Source: Candidatus Eremiobacteria bacterium
Lineage (GTDB): Bacteria; Vulcanimicrobiota; Vulcanimicrobiia; Vulcanimicrobiales; Vulcanimicrobiaceae
Reading direction: 5' to 3'
Assembly (NCBI GenBank): GCA_963758295.1
Contig: CAVWUU010000006.1
Span: 97,779 to 161,778 of the forward strand
Length of the DNA: 64,000 nucleotides
Shown: positions 18,531-27,969 of the stretch, one piece after another
How the letters are laid out: the number at the start of each line of letters is the position of its first letter
Position numbering within the stretch: the first letter of the stretch is position 1
The notes under the pieces: model-generated
What the model saw: the letters and a program-made list of their open reading frames with translations, nothing else
What the model was told of the DNA's origin: nothing
Database searches by the model: none
Made by a program: the position numbers and the translations under genes

Positions 18531-18920
18531 TTACTCTTCGTCGGGCCAGCCCGCGATTTCGCCGATGGCTGCACTCTTTGCGACGCGCAATCCGAGCATC
18601 GCGCACTTCATGCGAGTGGGGCTGATGCCGATACCGACGTTTTCTAGAATGATGTCCTTCGAGAGTTTGGCGACGTCCTCGAGCTTCATGCCCTTGATCG
18701 CTTCGGTGAGCATCGACGCGGATGCTTGACTGATCGCGCAGCCTTTGCCCGAAAACCGGACGTCTTGAACGGTCCCCCCATTCACGTTGAACTCCATGCG
18801 AATTTCATCGCCGCAAAGCGGATTCAGATCCTCGGCGCTGGCATCGGGAGTTTCTAGGTGACCGAAATTTCGTGGGCTCCGATAGTGGTCGAGAATGTAA
18901 TCGCGGTAAAAATCGTCCAT
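18531..18920 (-). CDS. sufU: SufU/NifU-N Fe-S scaffold or sulfur-transfer protein
   Basis: ILDHYRSPRNFG, NPLCGD, GCAISQASAS, RMKCA. Confidence 0.93.
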   Translation of the reverse strand: MDDFYRDYILDHYRSPRNFGHLETPDASAEDLNPLCGDEIRMEFNVNGGTVQDVRFSGKGCAISQASASMLTEAIKGMKLEDVAKLSKDIILENVGIGISPTRMKCAMLGLRVAKSAAIGEIAGWPDEE

Positions 18921-18922
18921 TG

Positions 18923-20167
18923 TTACAGCTTGAATACGCGAGCGGCTTTTTCCAGTCCCTCGGCGAGTGCGTCGACATCAGCTTGCGTATTGTAGACGTA
19001 GAACGACGCTCGCGCGGTTGCGGGCCAACCCATCTTATCCATGAGCGGCATCGTGCAATGATGCCCGGCGCGGATGCAGATCCCTTCGGTGTCCAGGATC
19101 GAGGCAAGATCGTGCGCGTGAATGTCCGCGAAATTGAAACTCAGTACGCCCGAAATCGCGGCCGGGTCCTTCGGGCCGTAAATGGCAAGCCCGCGTGCTT
19201 CGAACGGACGCAGCCGATCGAGGGCGTAACCCGTCAATTCTCGCTCGTGAGCCCGCACCCAATCCATCCCGAGCGCGGCGAGATACTCGACGGCGACGCC
19301 TAACGCGATCGCGTCGGCAATATTGCTGGTTCCCGCTTCGAACTTCCACGGCAGATCGTTGAACGACGTATGCTCGTATTGGACTTTGCGAATCATGTCG
19401 CCGCCGGCAAGAAACGGCGGCATCGCTTCGAGCAGCGCCCGCTTACCGTAGAGCACGCCGATGCCGGTTGGGCCGAGCATCTTGTGGCCGCTAAAAGCGT
19501 AAAAATCCACGTCGAGCGCTCGAACGTCAACGGCGAGATGCGGTGCGCCCTGCGCGCCGTCTACCAAAACCGTGGCGCCGGCAGCATGAGCGCGCGGAAC
19601 GATGCGCTCCAGAGGAACGATCGTGCCGAGCGTATTGCTCACATGCGAAATCGCCAGGAGCTTCACCCCATCGAGCAACCGGTCGAGATCGTCCAGGATC
19701 AACGTTCCGTCTTCATGCACAGGAATGAAACGCAGCTTCGCGCCCGTTTTCTCGGCTAAAAGCTGCCAGGGCACGAGGTTCGAGTGATGCTCGATCTCGG
19801 ACGTCAAAATAACGTCGCCGGCCTTGATATTCTTTAGGCCCCAACTGTAGCCGACGAGGTTGATTGCCTCGGTCGCATTGCGCGTCCAGATGATTTCGGC
19901 CGAATCTGCGTTGATGAAACGGGCGACGTTCACGCGAGCCGCTTCGAACGCATCGGTCGCCCGAGCAGCGATTTCGTACACGCCTCGGTGAATGTTTGCG
20001 TTGTACTCGCTGTAATAGCTCGTGAGCGCGTCGATCACGACCTGCGGCTTTTGCGAGGTCGCCGCCGAATCCAGATACACGAGCCGTTTGCCGCGGGACG
20101 TTTCCCGCTGCAGGATCGGAAAATCGGAAACGACCTTGGCAAGTTTGCCGTCGGAGAGCGTGATCAT
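18923..20167 (-). CDS. sufS: Cysteine desulfurase SufS
   Basis: YLDSAATSQKP, EHHSN, SGHKMLGPTG, RAGHHC. Confidence 0.96.
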   Translation of the reverse strand: MITLSDGKLAKVVSDFPILQRETSRGKRLVYLDSAATSQKPQVVIDALTSYYSEYNANIHRGVYEIAARATDAFEAARVNVARFINADSAEIIWTRNATEAINLVGYSWGLKNIKAGDVILTSEIEHHSNLVPWQLLAEKTGAKLRFIPVHEDGTLILDDLDRLLDGVKLLAISHVSNTLGTIVPLERIVPRAHAAGATVLVDGAQGAPHLAVDVRALDVDFYAFSGHKMLGPTGIGVLYGKRALLEAMPPFLAGGDMIRKVQYEHTSFNDLPWKFEAGTSNIADAIALGVAVEYLAALGMDWVRAHERELTGYALDRLRPFEARGLAIYGPKDPAAISGVLSFNFADIHAHDLASILDTEGICIRAGHHCTMPLMDKMGWPATARASFYVYNTQADVDALAEGLEKAARVFKL

Positions 20168-20177
20168 TGAGGGTCCT

Positions 20178-21351
20178 TTATTCGACCTTGCGTTGAAGCG
20201 CGTTACGCAGCTCTTCGCGCAGCGACTCCGTCGGAAACCGGTCGATCACCGGCTCGAAAAAGCCGAGCGCGATCATCCGCTCCGCTGCGCTGCGTTCGAT
20301 GCCGCGGCTGGTCATGTAGAAAATTTGTTCGTCGTCGAGCGCGCCGATCGTGGCGCCGTGGTATGCTTTGACGTCGTTCGCCGCAATTTCGAGCGCCGGA
20401 ACGGAGTCGATGTGCGCCCGCTTGGAGAGAAGAAACGCGTCGTCGCGAAGATTCGCTTCCGTACGTTGCGCGTTTTTGGCAATGCGGATGTTGCCGAGAT
20501 AGCGGCCTTGTCCCGCTCCGTTCGCAGCGGACTTCACGAGCGTTTGCGAGGTCGAATCGCCAACGCGATGATCGACCGTGGTAATGAGGTCCACGTGCTG
20601 TGAAGCAGTTGGGAAGAAGAGCGAGGCGATTTGCGCATCGACTCCGGGATGGTCGACGGTGACGACGAGGTCGGACACCGAAAGCGCTGCGCCGAGTTCG
20701 GCAGTCGTCCATGAAGCGGTTGCGTCGCGGCCGGGCTGCGCTACGCGCGTGAAAAGCACCCGTGCATCGGCCGGCGCGTCTTGCACCGCCGCGTATGAAA
20801 GCTGGGCGCTTTCACCAAGGACCGCCTCCGCGATCCCAGCGACGAACGAACCTTCGCCGGCCTCGAGGCGCTCGACGATCGTCGCGCGCGCGCCGTGCTC
20901 CAGGAGCACGATCGTGTACGGAAAGATGGCTTCGCCCGAAGCGGTGCGATACGTTATTGCGATGGGGACGTCAACGCTGCATTCGGCCGGAACGTAAACG
21001 AAGGCGCCCAGTTGCGCGAACGCGCGCGTCAAATGCGCAAATTTGTGCTCGTCGCCGAGGGCTTTCCCGATGCGCCCGGAGCAGCAAATCGCTGTGATCG
21101 CGGGCTGCGGTGAGCAGATCGCATGCGATAACGCGATCCGGTGCTCCCGAAATCGAAACGGAACCCGACTGCGCATCGATTTTTAGATCTTCGATGCCGA
21201 GGTTCTCGAGATCGAGTTTCCAATACCGGCTGGGCTTGTCTCGTCCGCTGCGCGTAGCGCGAAGCGCTCGAACGATTGCGACGCGTTCGGCTTGCGAGAA
21301 GAGTGCCTGGTCGAAGCCGCCGAAGGCCGGGGCTGCGAGAACGCTAGGCAA
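20178..21351 (-). CDS. sufD: SufD (SufBD family), frameshifted in this sequence
   Basis: PALEIAANDVKAYHGATIG..FYMTSRGI..A; N-terminal part spread over frames at ~21030-21300. Confidence 0.85.
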
Positions 21352-22121
21352 TTGCGCCGATCTCCTCGCGAATGCGAGTCGTAGCCTTCGCGTTCGATGC
21401 GGTGCGCAAGATCGGCGCCGCCCGTCTTGACGATGCGGCCGTCGATCATGATGTGAACGACGTCCGCGTCGATGTGCTGCAGGATGCGCGGATAGTGCGT
21501 GATGATCAGAAAGCCGGTGTTGCGGCCTTCGTCGCTTGCGCGAAGCGCATTCACCGATTCGCCAACGTCTTTGAGCGCGTCGACATCCAGTCCGGAATCT
21601 GTTTCGTCGAGAATCGCATACTTCGGTGCGAGCACCGCCATCTGCAACATCTCGAGGCGCTTTTTTTCGCCGCCCGAGAAACCGTCGTTGAGATAGCGTC
21701 CCAAGAACGACGGATCCATCCCGAGGACGTCCATCTTTTCGAGAAGCAGCTGGCGGAATTTGCCCGGCGTGATTTCGCCCGGCCGCACTGCTTGACGCGC
21801 CGCGAACAAGAAAGTTCGGCAACCTTCACGCCCGGAATCGCGGCCGGATACTGAAAGGACAAGAAAGAGCCCCGCGCGAGCTCGCTTGTCCGGCAGGTAG
21901 ATCGAGCAGATTCGTGCCGTCGAGGGTCGCGGCGCCGCGCGTGACGTCGTATTTCGGATGACCGGTCAAGCGAGAAGGCGAGCGTCGATTTGCCGCTGCC
22001 GTTGGGCCCCATAAGGGCGTGAACTTTTCCGGGTTCGACGTTTAGGTCGATCCCCTTGAGAATTTCTTTGCCTTCCACGCTGCATCGAAGGTCCTGAATG
22101 CGAAGGCCCTTGGTCGCTCAT
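21344..22121 (-). CDS. sufC: Fe-S assembly ATPase SufC, frameshifted in this sequence
   Basis: MGPNGSGKSTL, FQYP, FSGGEKKR, LDETDSGLD, ITHY, split across frames. Confidence 0.92.
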
Positions 22122-22249
22122 ATCTCTCCAGACTCGCCGAGTGAAATTCGGGTCGGAAACCCGCCCCGGTATAGTACGGCTGCCTCTCATAGAAAGTCAA
22201 GGATAAACTTTACTATCTCCGCGCTCCGTGCTAGGATAGCGGCGAAGTC

Positions 22250-22883
22250 ATGCAGGTTGACCGCTTTTTTCAGACGACACGAGGCAAAATCGTCGCCGAG
22301 CTTCGGCGGCGCCGTTCGGCGTCTGCCGCCGACTTGGCTGCCGCTCTTCGGACTGTCTCCGAACGCCGTGCGCCAGCAGCTGGTAGTGCTGGAACGCGAC
22401 GGGTTGGTGGAAGAAAAATCCGTCCGGCGCGGGCCGACCAAGCCGACGCTCGAATTCTCGCTGACGTCCGAAGCCGACAAGCTCTTCCCGCAGCAGTACG
22501 ACAAGATGCTTGCCGCCGTGTTGCGTGAAGTCAAGGAGAAGTACGGCCGCCCGGCCGTCGACAAGATCTTCGATGGCATAGCGCGAACGCGCCGTGGACA
22601 AGACGACGCCGGAAAGTGACCGCGACGGATCCCGAGGGCAAGATCTCCCAGCTTACGGAAGTTTTGCGCGAACAGGGCGTTGTCGGCCGAATACAGTTTG
22701 ATCGACGGCGGGTTCATGCTGACGGAGCATACGTGTCCGTATTCGGGCGTCGTCAAAGAACATCCGGAAGTTTGTTCGGTGATCCATCACGTGCTCGACG
22801 AAACCATCGGCGGCGAACACGAACAGATCGAATCGCTGGCTGCCGGCGGAAAGAGTTGCAAGTTTGAACTAAAGGGAGTCTAG
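22250..22883 (+). CDS. SufR-like HTH transcriptional regulator, frameshifted
   Basis: TRGKIV..FGLSPNAVRQQL..LERDGLV HTH; C-terminal CPY..C..C; divergent from sufC. Confidence 0.78.
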
Positions 22884-22890
22884 GTTAGCA

Positions 22891-23386
22891 GTGGATTTTG
22901 CGAAGTTCCAGCGGTTGGATCGAAGATCGCCCCGGATTCGACGATGATGAAGAATCCGACTGCAAGCGGTGAATACTTCAGCGACTCTTGCGGCGACATG
23001 TACAACTTCTTCTTGAAGATCGGCCCCGGTGCGGTCATCGAAGACATCTCGTATTTCACGACCGGCTGCGGATTCGGAACTGCGACTTGCGCTCTCGTGT
23101 ACGGAACTCGCGCGCGGCAAAACCGTGAGCGAAGCTTCCGCGATTTCGACGAATGACATCGAAGCTGCAGCTCGACGGCTATCCGGAGAAGAAGAAAGAT
23201 TATCCCGAACGCGCGCTGGACGCGCTGAAAATTGCGATCGACGATTATCACGCGAAAGTGGCGAAGGGTGAAGTTCCCGACTATGCAGCGATGCCGGCAC
23301 CGGAACGTGCCGTCGTCGTTGAGGCGGCCGCACCGGCGCCTCCGCCGCGTGACGAAGACGGCAAAGTCCTCATCCGCTTGCATTGA
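22891..23386 (+). CDS. Second NifU/IscU-N-like protein, frameshifted
   Basis: SCGD, TGCGFGTATC, ELARGKTV, ALKIAIDDY. Confidence 0.78.
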
Positions 23387-23396
23387 GCACAGTTCC

Positions 23397-23939
23397 TTAC
23401 CCAGTCAACAACGCGGTACGCCGGACGACGTACCGCGTTGTTTCTTTTTCCGGAATCGATTCGAAAAGTGCAAGTTCGCAAACACGTATCGTCATCGGCT
23501 CCACGTCGAGCATCGGCAGCGCACGTGCGCTGCCGCCTTTGACGCGCGCAAGCGTCACGTGCGCGATTGCATCATCGTTAAATGAAAAGCCGAGCGCGAA
23601 GCATGCGTCGCGCACCGCCGTAGCAAGCGTTCTAAACGATACGCCCTGATTGCGAGATCCCACGAAGACCACGCGTGGGCGACGCTCGTTTGGAAACGCC
23701 GAAAGCCGGTCGAGGGTGAGATCGAACGGCGAAACACGGGACGCCACATCATCGCAGATCGCTTCAACCCGTTCCAACGCCTCTGCGGCGACGTTGCCTA
23801 AGAATGCCAGCGTCAGGTGCAATTTCTCCGGCGGTTCATATCGTGCCGGGAACGCCGCCGCTTGCAAGCGCTCCTGGACGGCGGCGCAACTTTGAGAAGT
23901 TGGTCCATCAAGCGTGATGCCAAAAAAGAGCCGAGTCAT
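23397..23939 (-). CDS. thpR: RNA 2',3'-cyclic phosphodiesterase (2H family)
   Basis: MTRLFFGI; two HxT motifs (HLTLAFLG, HVTLAR). Confidence 0.9.
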   Translation of the reverse strand: MTRLFFGITLDGPTSQSCAAVQERLQAAAFPARYEPPEKLHLTLAFLGNVAAEALERVEAICDDVASRVSPFDLTLDRLSAFPNERRPRVVFVGSRNQGVSFRTLATAVRDACFALGFSFNDDAIAHVTLARVKGGSARALPMLDVEPMTIRVCELALFESIPEKETTRYVVRRTALLTG

Positions 23940-24057
23940 AGTATTATTTGAGGTGTAGTTAAGCTCACTGTTGCTTAACGAAAACGGCCGGACTCTTGCT
24001 AACCCGCTCGTTGCAAAAGCTCGAAGTTCGGCTTTCAAAAATCGACTGGAGGCTCCT

Positions 24058-27000
24058 ATGAACCGGACAACGTTCCGGCGCGCCGTACTTGCGGTGGTCC
24101 TCCTTGTATCGATGCTATGCCAGGGAACTTGGGCACTGGCAGGCACCACAGGTGGACTTTCCGGTACAGTAACCGATGCGCAGTCCAACGCGCCGATAGC
24201 AGGCGCAAACGTAACGGTCAGCAGTCCTTCGCAAACTGCAACCGGTACGACAGACTCAACCGGACACTTTGCGTTTCTCTCTCTCGCACCCGACACATAT
24301 ACCATCGCAGTCGAGCACGCCGGATACGAGCCGATAACCGTACCCGGTAATCCCGTGTTCGCCGATACGGTTCAACGAGTCGGTGTGCGCATGGCAACGC
24401 AACTAAAAACGATTGCCACCGTTCGTTCGCAAGGCGCCGGATCGCTCGTGCGATCGGGCACGACGGCGGACGTGTATGCCGTTAATGCAGCGCAACAGCA
24501 AGCCGTTGCAGCCGTCGGTGGCGGCGGCGGTTTGAATAGCGCTTACTCCGCCATTGCGACCGTTCCCGGCGCCTATGTCGCCGGAAATCAAGGCGGGTAC
24601 TATCAAACCGTTCACATTCGCGGCGGCGACTTCGATCAAGTCGGCTACGAATTCGACGGTGTTCCGATCAACCGTTCGTTCGACAATTACCCGTCGGGGG
24701 CGGCTTCGTCGCTCGGTCAACAAGAAGTGCAGGTCTATACGGGTGCTGCACCTTCGAACTCGGAGAGCCAAGGGCTTGCCGGATTCATCAACCAGGTGAT
24801 CAAGACCGGAACGTCTCCCGGATTTGCCGACGGCCAACTGGGGGTAGGCGCTCCCTATTTCTACCATCACGCGTTGGGTGAAGCGGGTGGTGCAACGCCG
24901 AACCGGCTCTTCTCGTATTACGTTGGTCTCGGCGGTTTGAATCAGACCAACACGTACGTGGATTCGACGAATGCTTCGGTATACAACAACTGGCTCGGCA
25001 TCCCGATCGCGGCGAATCCCGACGGTACGTGGCAGCTTGCCGGTTCCGAGTACGGTTTACCGGCGTCGCTTTCCACGCGCGACGTCGTCGCGAATTTCCA
25101 TATCGGCATTCCGCACCATAAGGATGGCGGCCGTGACGACATCCAGTTGTTGTACGACGGGGAGTCAATCAACAACGGGTTCTATCAAAGCCCGTTCCAA
25201 GCAGTGGGCACCGATACGACGTCGTCCTTCGGTCAAGCGTTCTATCTCGACGGGTACAATTGGAACTGTCCCGACGGGCAAGTCTTTACGGCCGGAAATC
25301 TCCCGGCTTCGTCTTGCTTGTCGGCGTATCTGTATCCGAATCACACGCAGAACCGCCTAGCGAACGTTCCGGGCACGCCTACGTCGTGTCCAACGATTCC
25401 CTGTTCGTTCATTCCGCTCAATACGCGCGACACGTCGTGGAACGACCAGCAGATCGTCAAGGTCCAGTATCAGAAGAACTTCGGTTCTGCTGCATATCTT
25501 CGTTTGTACGGTTATACGTACTACAGCGACTGGCTTTTGGACGGTCCTACTTCCACTTACGACAACCTGCCCGGAACGGGATACGGCCCGGCTGCTCCCG
25601 ATTACGAACTGACGTCCCACACTCGAGGCGTTTCGCTGAACTTCTCGGACCAGCTGAACCAGCAGAACCTCATTTCGGTGCAAGGTTCGTACACGAGCGC
25701 GAAGAGCACCCGCGATAACAACACGCAAATGTTCAATGGTCTACTCGGAAGCTACGTCATGCTGATGGCGGTCAATGCGGCCGATCCCTATAGCGGCTAC
25801 TGCTACAGCTCGGCCGGCGGCACGCCGGTCTCGTGCGCTCCCGGTGGTCCAAGCGCCAACGTAAGCCTGCGGAGTTTCGGCAAATTCGCAGCCGACCCCG
25901 GCGCAAATCCGTTGCCGGCCTTACCGGCGACCTGCGTCGATCCGAACGTCGCAAGCACTACCTGCGCGTATATGACCACGGAAAATGGTTTGCGCGCGAC
26001 GTACAATACCGTTACACCGGAATTTACCGCCTATTCGTTCACAGACCAATTCCGTCCGAGCGAAAGATGGTTGTTCAACTTCGGCGTGCGGTGGGACAAC
26101 TACAAGTTCGTCGGCTCCGACGTCACGCATGGAGCGGCGCGGCAGTTCTGGTACAACGGCTACAATAAATCGACGTGCGTTCAAACGTCTACGGGCGTTC
26201 CGTTCGACGTTAACGATCCGGTCGTGGTAGCTGCCGGCGGCACCGGCGCGGTAGGAACGTGCCCCGCGGGCTTCACGCAAGCCAACCTTTCGAACGATAT
26301 CGGCCGGCCGGTGGAACAGTTCATGATCTTCCAGCCACGCTTGGCTTTTACGTATACGTTGAGCCCCGACACCGTTTTGCGCGGGTCGGTCGGCAAGTAT
26401 GCGCAGCCGCCAAACTCCGCATTCGAACAATACGACATGCTGCAAGACAACATTCCCTACGGACTCTTGGGACCAAACTTCTTGCAGTACGGGCGTACGT
26501 CGCCGAGTTTCGCAATCAATCCGCCGACTTCTACGAACGCGGATCTCTCGCTAGAACACCACTTCCATAACTCCGACGTGTCGGTGAAGCTCACTCCGTT
26601 CTATCGTCACACGCAAAATCAGATTCAGAACTTTTACCTGAATCAAGCGACGGGGTTCATCTCCGGGTTGAACGTCGGCGCGCAGAGCAGCCGCGGGTTC
26701 GAATTGCAAATCCAAAAGGGCGACTTCTCGCGCAACGGCTTTGCGGTGTTGACGGCCTTTGCTTACACGTATTCGACGATCAAGTACGGCGCGTTATCCA
26801 ACGGTACCACAATCATTACGCCGTTGAATTCCACGATCGCAAACTACAACGCCTACACGAGCGCATGCGCACCGGGCGGAGCGCTCGCGGGCAAATCGCA
26901 GTTCGGCCAGTCGCTCTGCGGATCGACGGCTTCCGGTGTGGCTGCCGCGCCGTGCTACACGGCAGCGGGAGCGCCCGACGCGGCATGTGGACCCGGTGAC

Positions 27001-27726
27001 TACGGGAATCCGTATTGGAAGGCGCCGGGTCAGGGATTGATCGATCCCGGCCAGGCGTTTCCGACGTACGACATCTTCCCCGCCGGCATCGGCTCGTCGG
27101 CGTCGGCCTTCGGCGCGCCTTACACCAGCACGCTGGTGCTCAACTATAAGCACGACCGCTGGTCGATCACGCCTTCGTTCCAGTTCCAAGGCGGAACGCG
27201 CTACGGCGCACCCCTCACGGAACCCGGCATCAACCCGGATAGCGCCTGCGGTATCCTTGCTCCCGGAACGAACTCGAACTATCCGTACGGCAACCCGGGA
27301 CCGAATGCGTATGATGCAAGCGGATGCACGGCCGGACTAGTGATACCGGATCCGTTTACCAAGACGTTCGACAACCTCGGCTCTTTCGTGCAGCCCAATC
27401 AGTTCATGATGAACGCGCAGGTCTCGTACGACGTTTCGCCACGCGTGACCATTACGGCCGCCTTCGCAAATATCGTCAACCGGTGCTGGGGCGGTACGAA
27501 AGCTGCGTGGACGGTGTCGGATCCGAACATCTGCAGCTACGGCATCGTGGCAAACGGTCTGATTCCGCCCGCCGGCAACGTCTTCAATCCGGGATCCCCG
27601 GCAGCGCTCCAGCCGTTCCGTCAGTTCCCGTACCAGGGCGCCTTCGGGCCGTTCGACATCAACGGCTTGAACACGACTTCGAAACAACCGTTCAATATGT
27701 ACTTCGAGGCACGGGTCAAGATCTGA
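24058..27726 (+). CDS. TonB-dependent-receptor-like outer membrane protein with N-terminal carboxypeptidase-regulatory-like domain (copy 1)
   Basis: Signal peptide, GTVTD..PIAGA.V domain, plug IRGG..GYEFDGVP, barrel motifs NFGVRWD and FQPRLAF; GGAGG SD. Confidence 0.85.
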   Translation: MNRTTFRRAVLAVVLLVSMLCQGTWALAGTTGGLSGTVTDAQSNAPIAGANVTVSSPSQTATGTTDSTGHFAFLSLAPDTYTIAVEHAGYEPITVPGNPVFADTVQRVGVRMATQLKTIATVRSQGAGSLVRSGTTADVYAVNAAQQQAVAAVGGGGGLNSAYSAIATVPGAYVAGNQGGYYQTVHIRGGDFDQVGYEFDGVPINRSFDNYPSGAASSLGQQEVQVYTGAAPSNSESQGLAGFINQVIKTGTSPGFADGQLGVGAPYFYHHALGEAGGATPNRLFSYYVGLGGLNQTNTYVDSTNASVYNNWLGIPIAANPDGTWQLAGSEYGLPASLSTRDVVANFHIGIPHHKDGGRDDIQLLYDGESINNGFYQSPFQAVGTDTTSSFGQAFYLDGYNWNCPDGQVFTAGNLPASSCLSAYLYPNHTQNRLANVPGTPTSCPTIPCSFIPLNTRDTSWNDQQIVKVQYQKNFGSAAYLRLYGYTYYSDWLLDGPTSTYDNLPGTGYGPAAPDYELTSHTRGVSLNFSDQLNQQNLISVQGSYTSAKSTRDNNTQMFNGLLGSYVMLMAVNAADPYSGYCYSSAGGTPVSCAPGGPSANVSLRSFGKFAADPGANPLPALPATCVDPNVASTTCAYMTTENGLRATYNTVTPEFTAYSFTDQFRPSERWLFNFGVRWDNYKFVGSDVTHGAARQFWYNGYNKSTCVQTSTGVPFDVNDPVVVAAGGTGAVGTCPAGFTQANLSNDIGRPVEQFMIFQPRLAFTYTLSPDTVLRGSVGKYAQPPNSAFEQYDMLQDNIPYGLLGPNFLQYGRTSPSFAINPPTSTNADLSLEHHFHNSDVSVKLTPFYRHTQNQIQNFYLNQATGFISGLNVGAQSSRGFELQIQKGDFSRNGFAVLTAFAYTYSTIKYGALSNGTTIITPLNSTIANYNAYTSACAPGGALAGKSQFGQSLCGSTASGVAAAPCYTAAGAPDAACGPGDYGNPYWKAPGQGLIDPGQAFPTYDIFPAGIGSSASAFGAPYTSTLVLNYKHDRWSITPSFQFQGGTRYGAPLTEPGINPDSACGILAPGTNSNYPYGNPGPNAYDASGCTAGLVIPDPFTKTFDNLGSFVQPNQFMMNAQVSYDVSPRVTITAAFANIVNRCWGGTKAAWTVSDPNICSYGIVANGLIPPAGNVFNPGSPAALQPFRQFPYQGAFGPFDINGLNTTSKQPFNMYFEARVKI

Positions 27727-27747
27727 CATTCGCTCCTCTACGAACGC

Positions 27748-27782
27748 AAAAGGCTCCCGCTCCGGCGGGGGCCTTTGGTTTT
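27748..27782 (+). terminator. Intrinsic terminator
   Basis: AAAGGCTCCCGC-TCCG-GCGGGGGCCTTT followed by a T-rich tract. Confidence 0.8.
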
Positions 27783-27969
27783 GCGCGCCTGTGACGCTGC
27801 TAATCCTATTCTAATTTTTCATGTTGTTTATCAAAAATAGTACTGGGGGCGACCAAAGTGCTAGGGCAAGGGTGCCCTTATGCACAAGTTAACAATCCGT
27901 CAGAGCGCCTGCTCGGGTTTCTATGCCCACAGGCATGCTGACGTATGTCATTCTCTTTCGGAGGTTTGC

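Noticed and set aside
20178..23386. Pseudogenised or programmed-frameshift suf locus
   Set aside because: Several scattered indels per gene with intact motifs and no consistent slippery site; sequencing error is more parsimonious.
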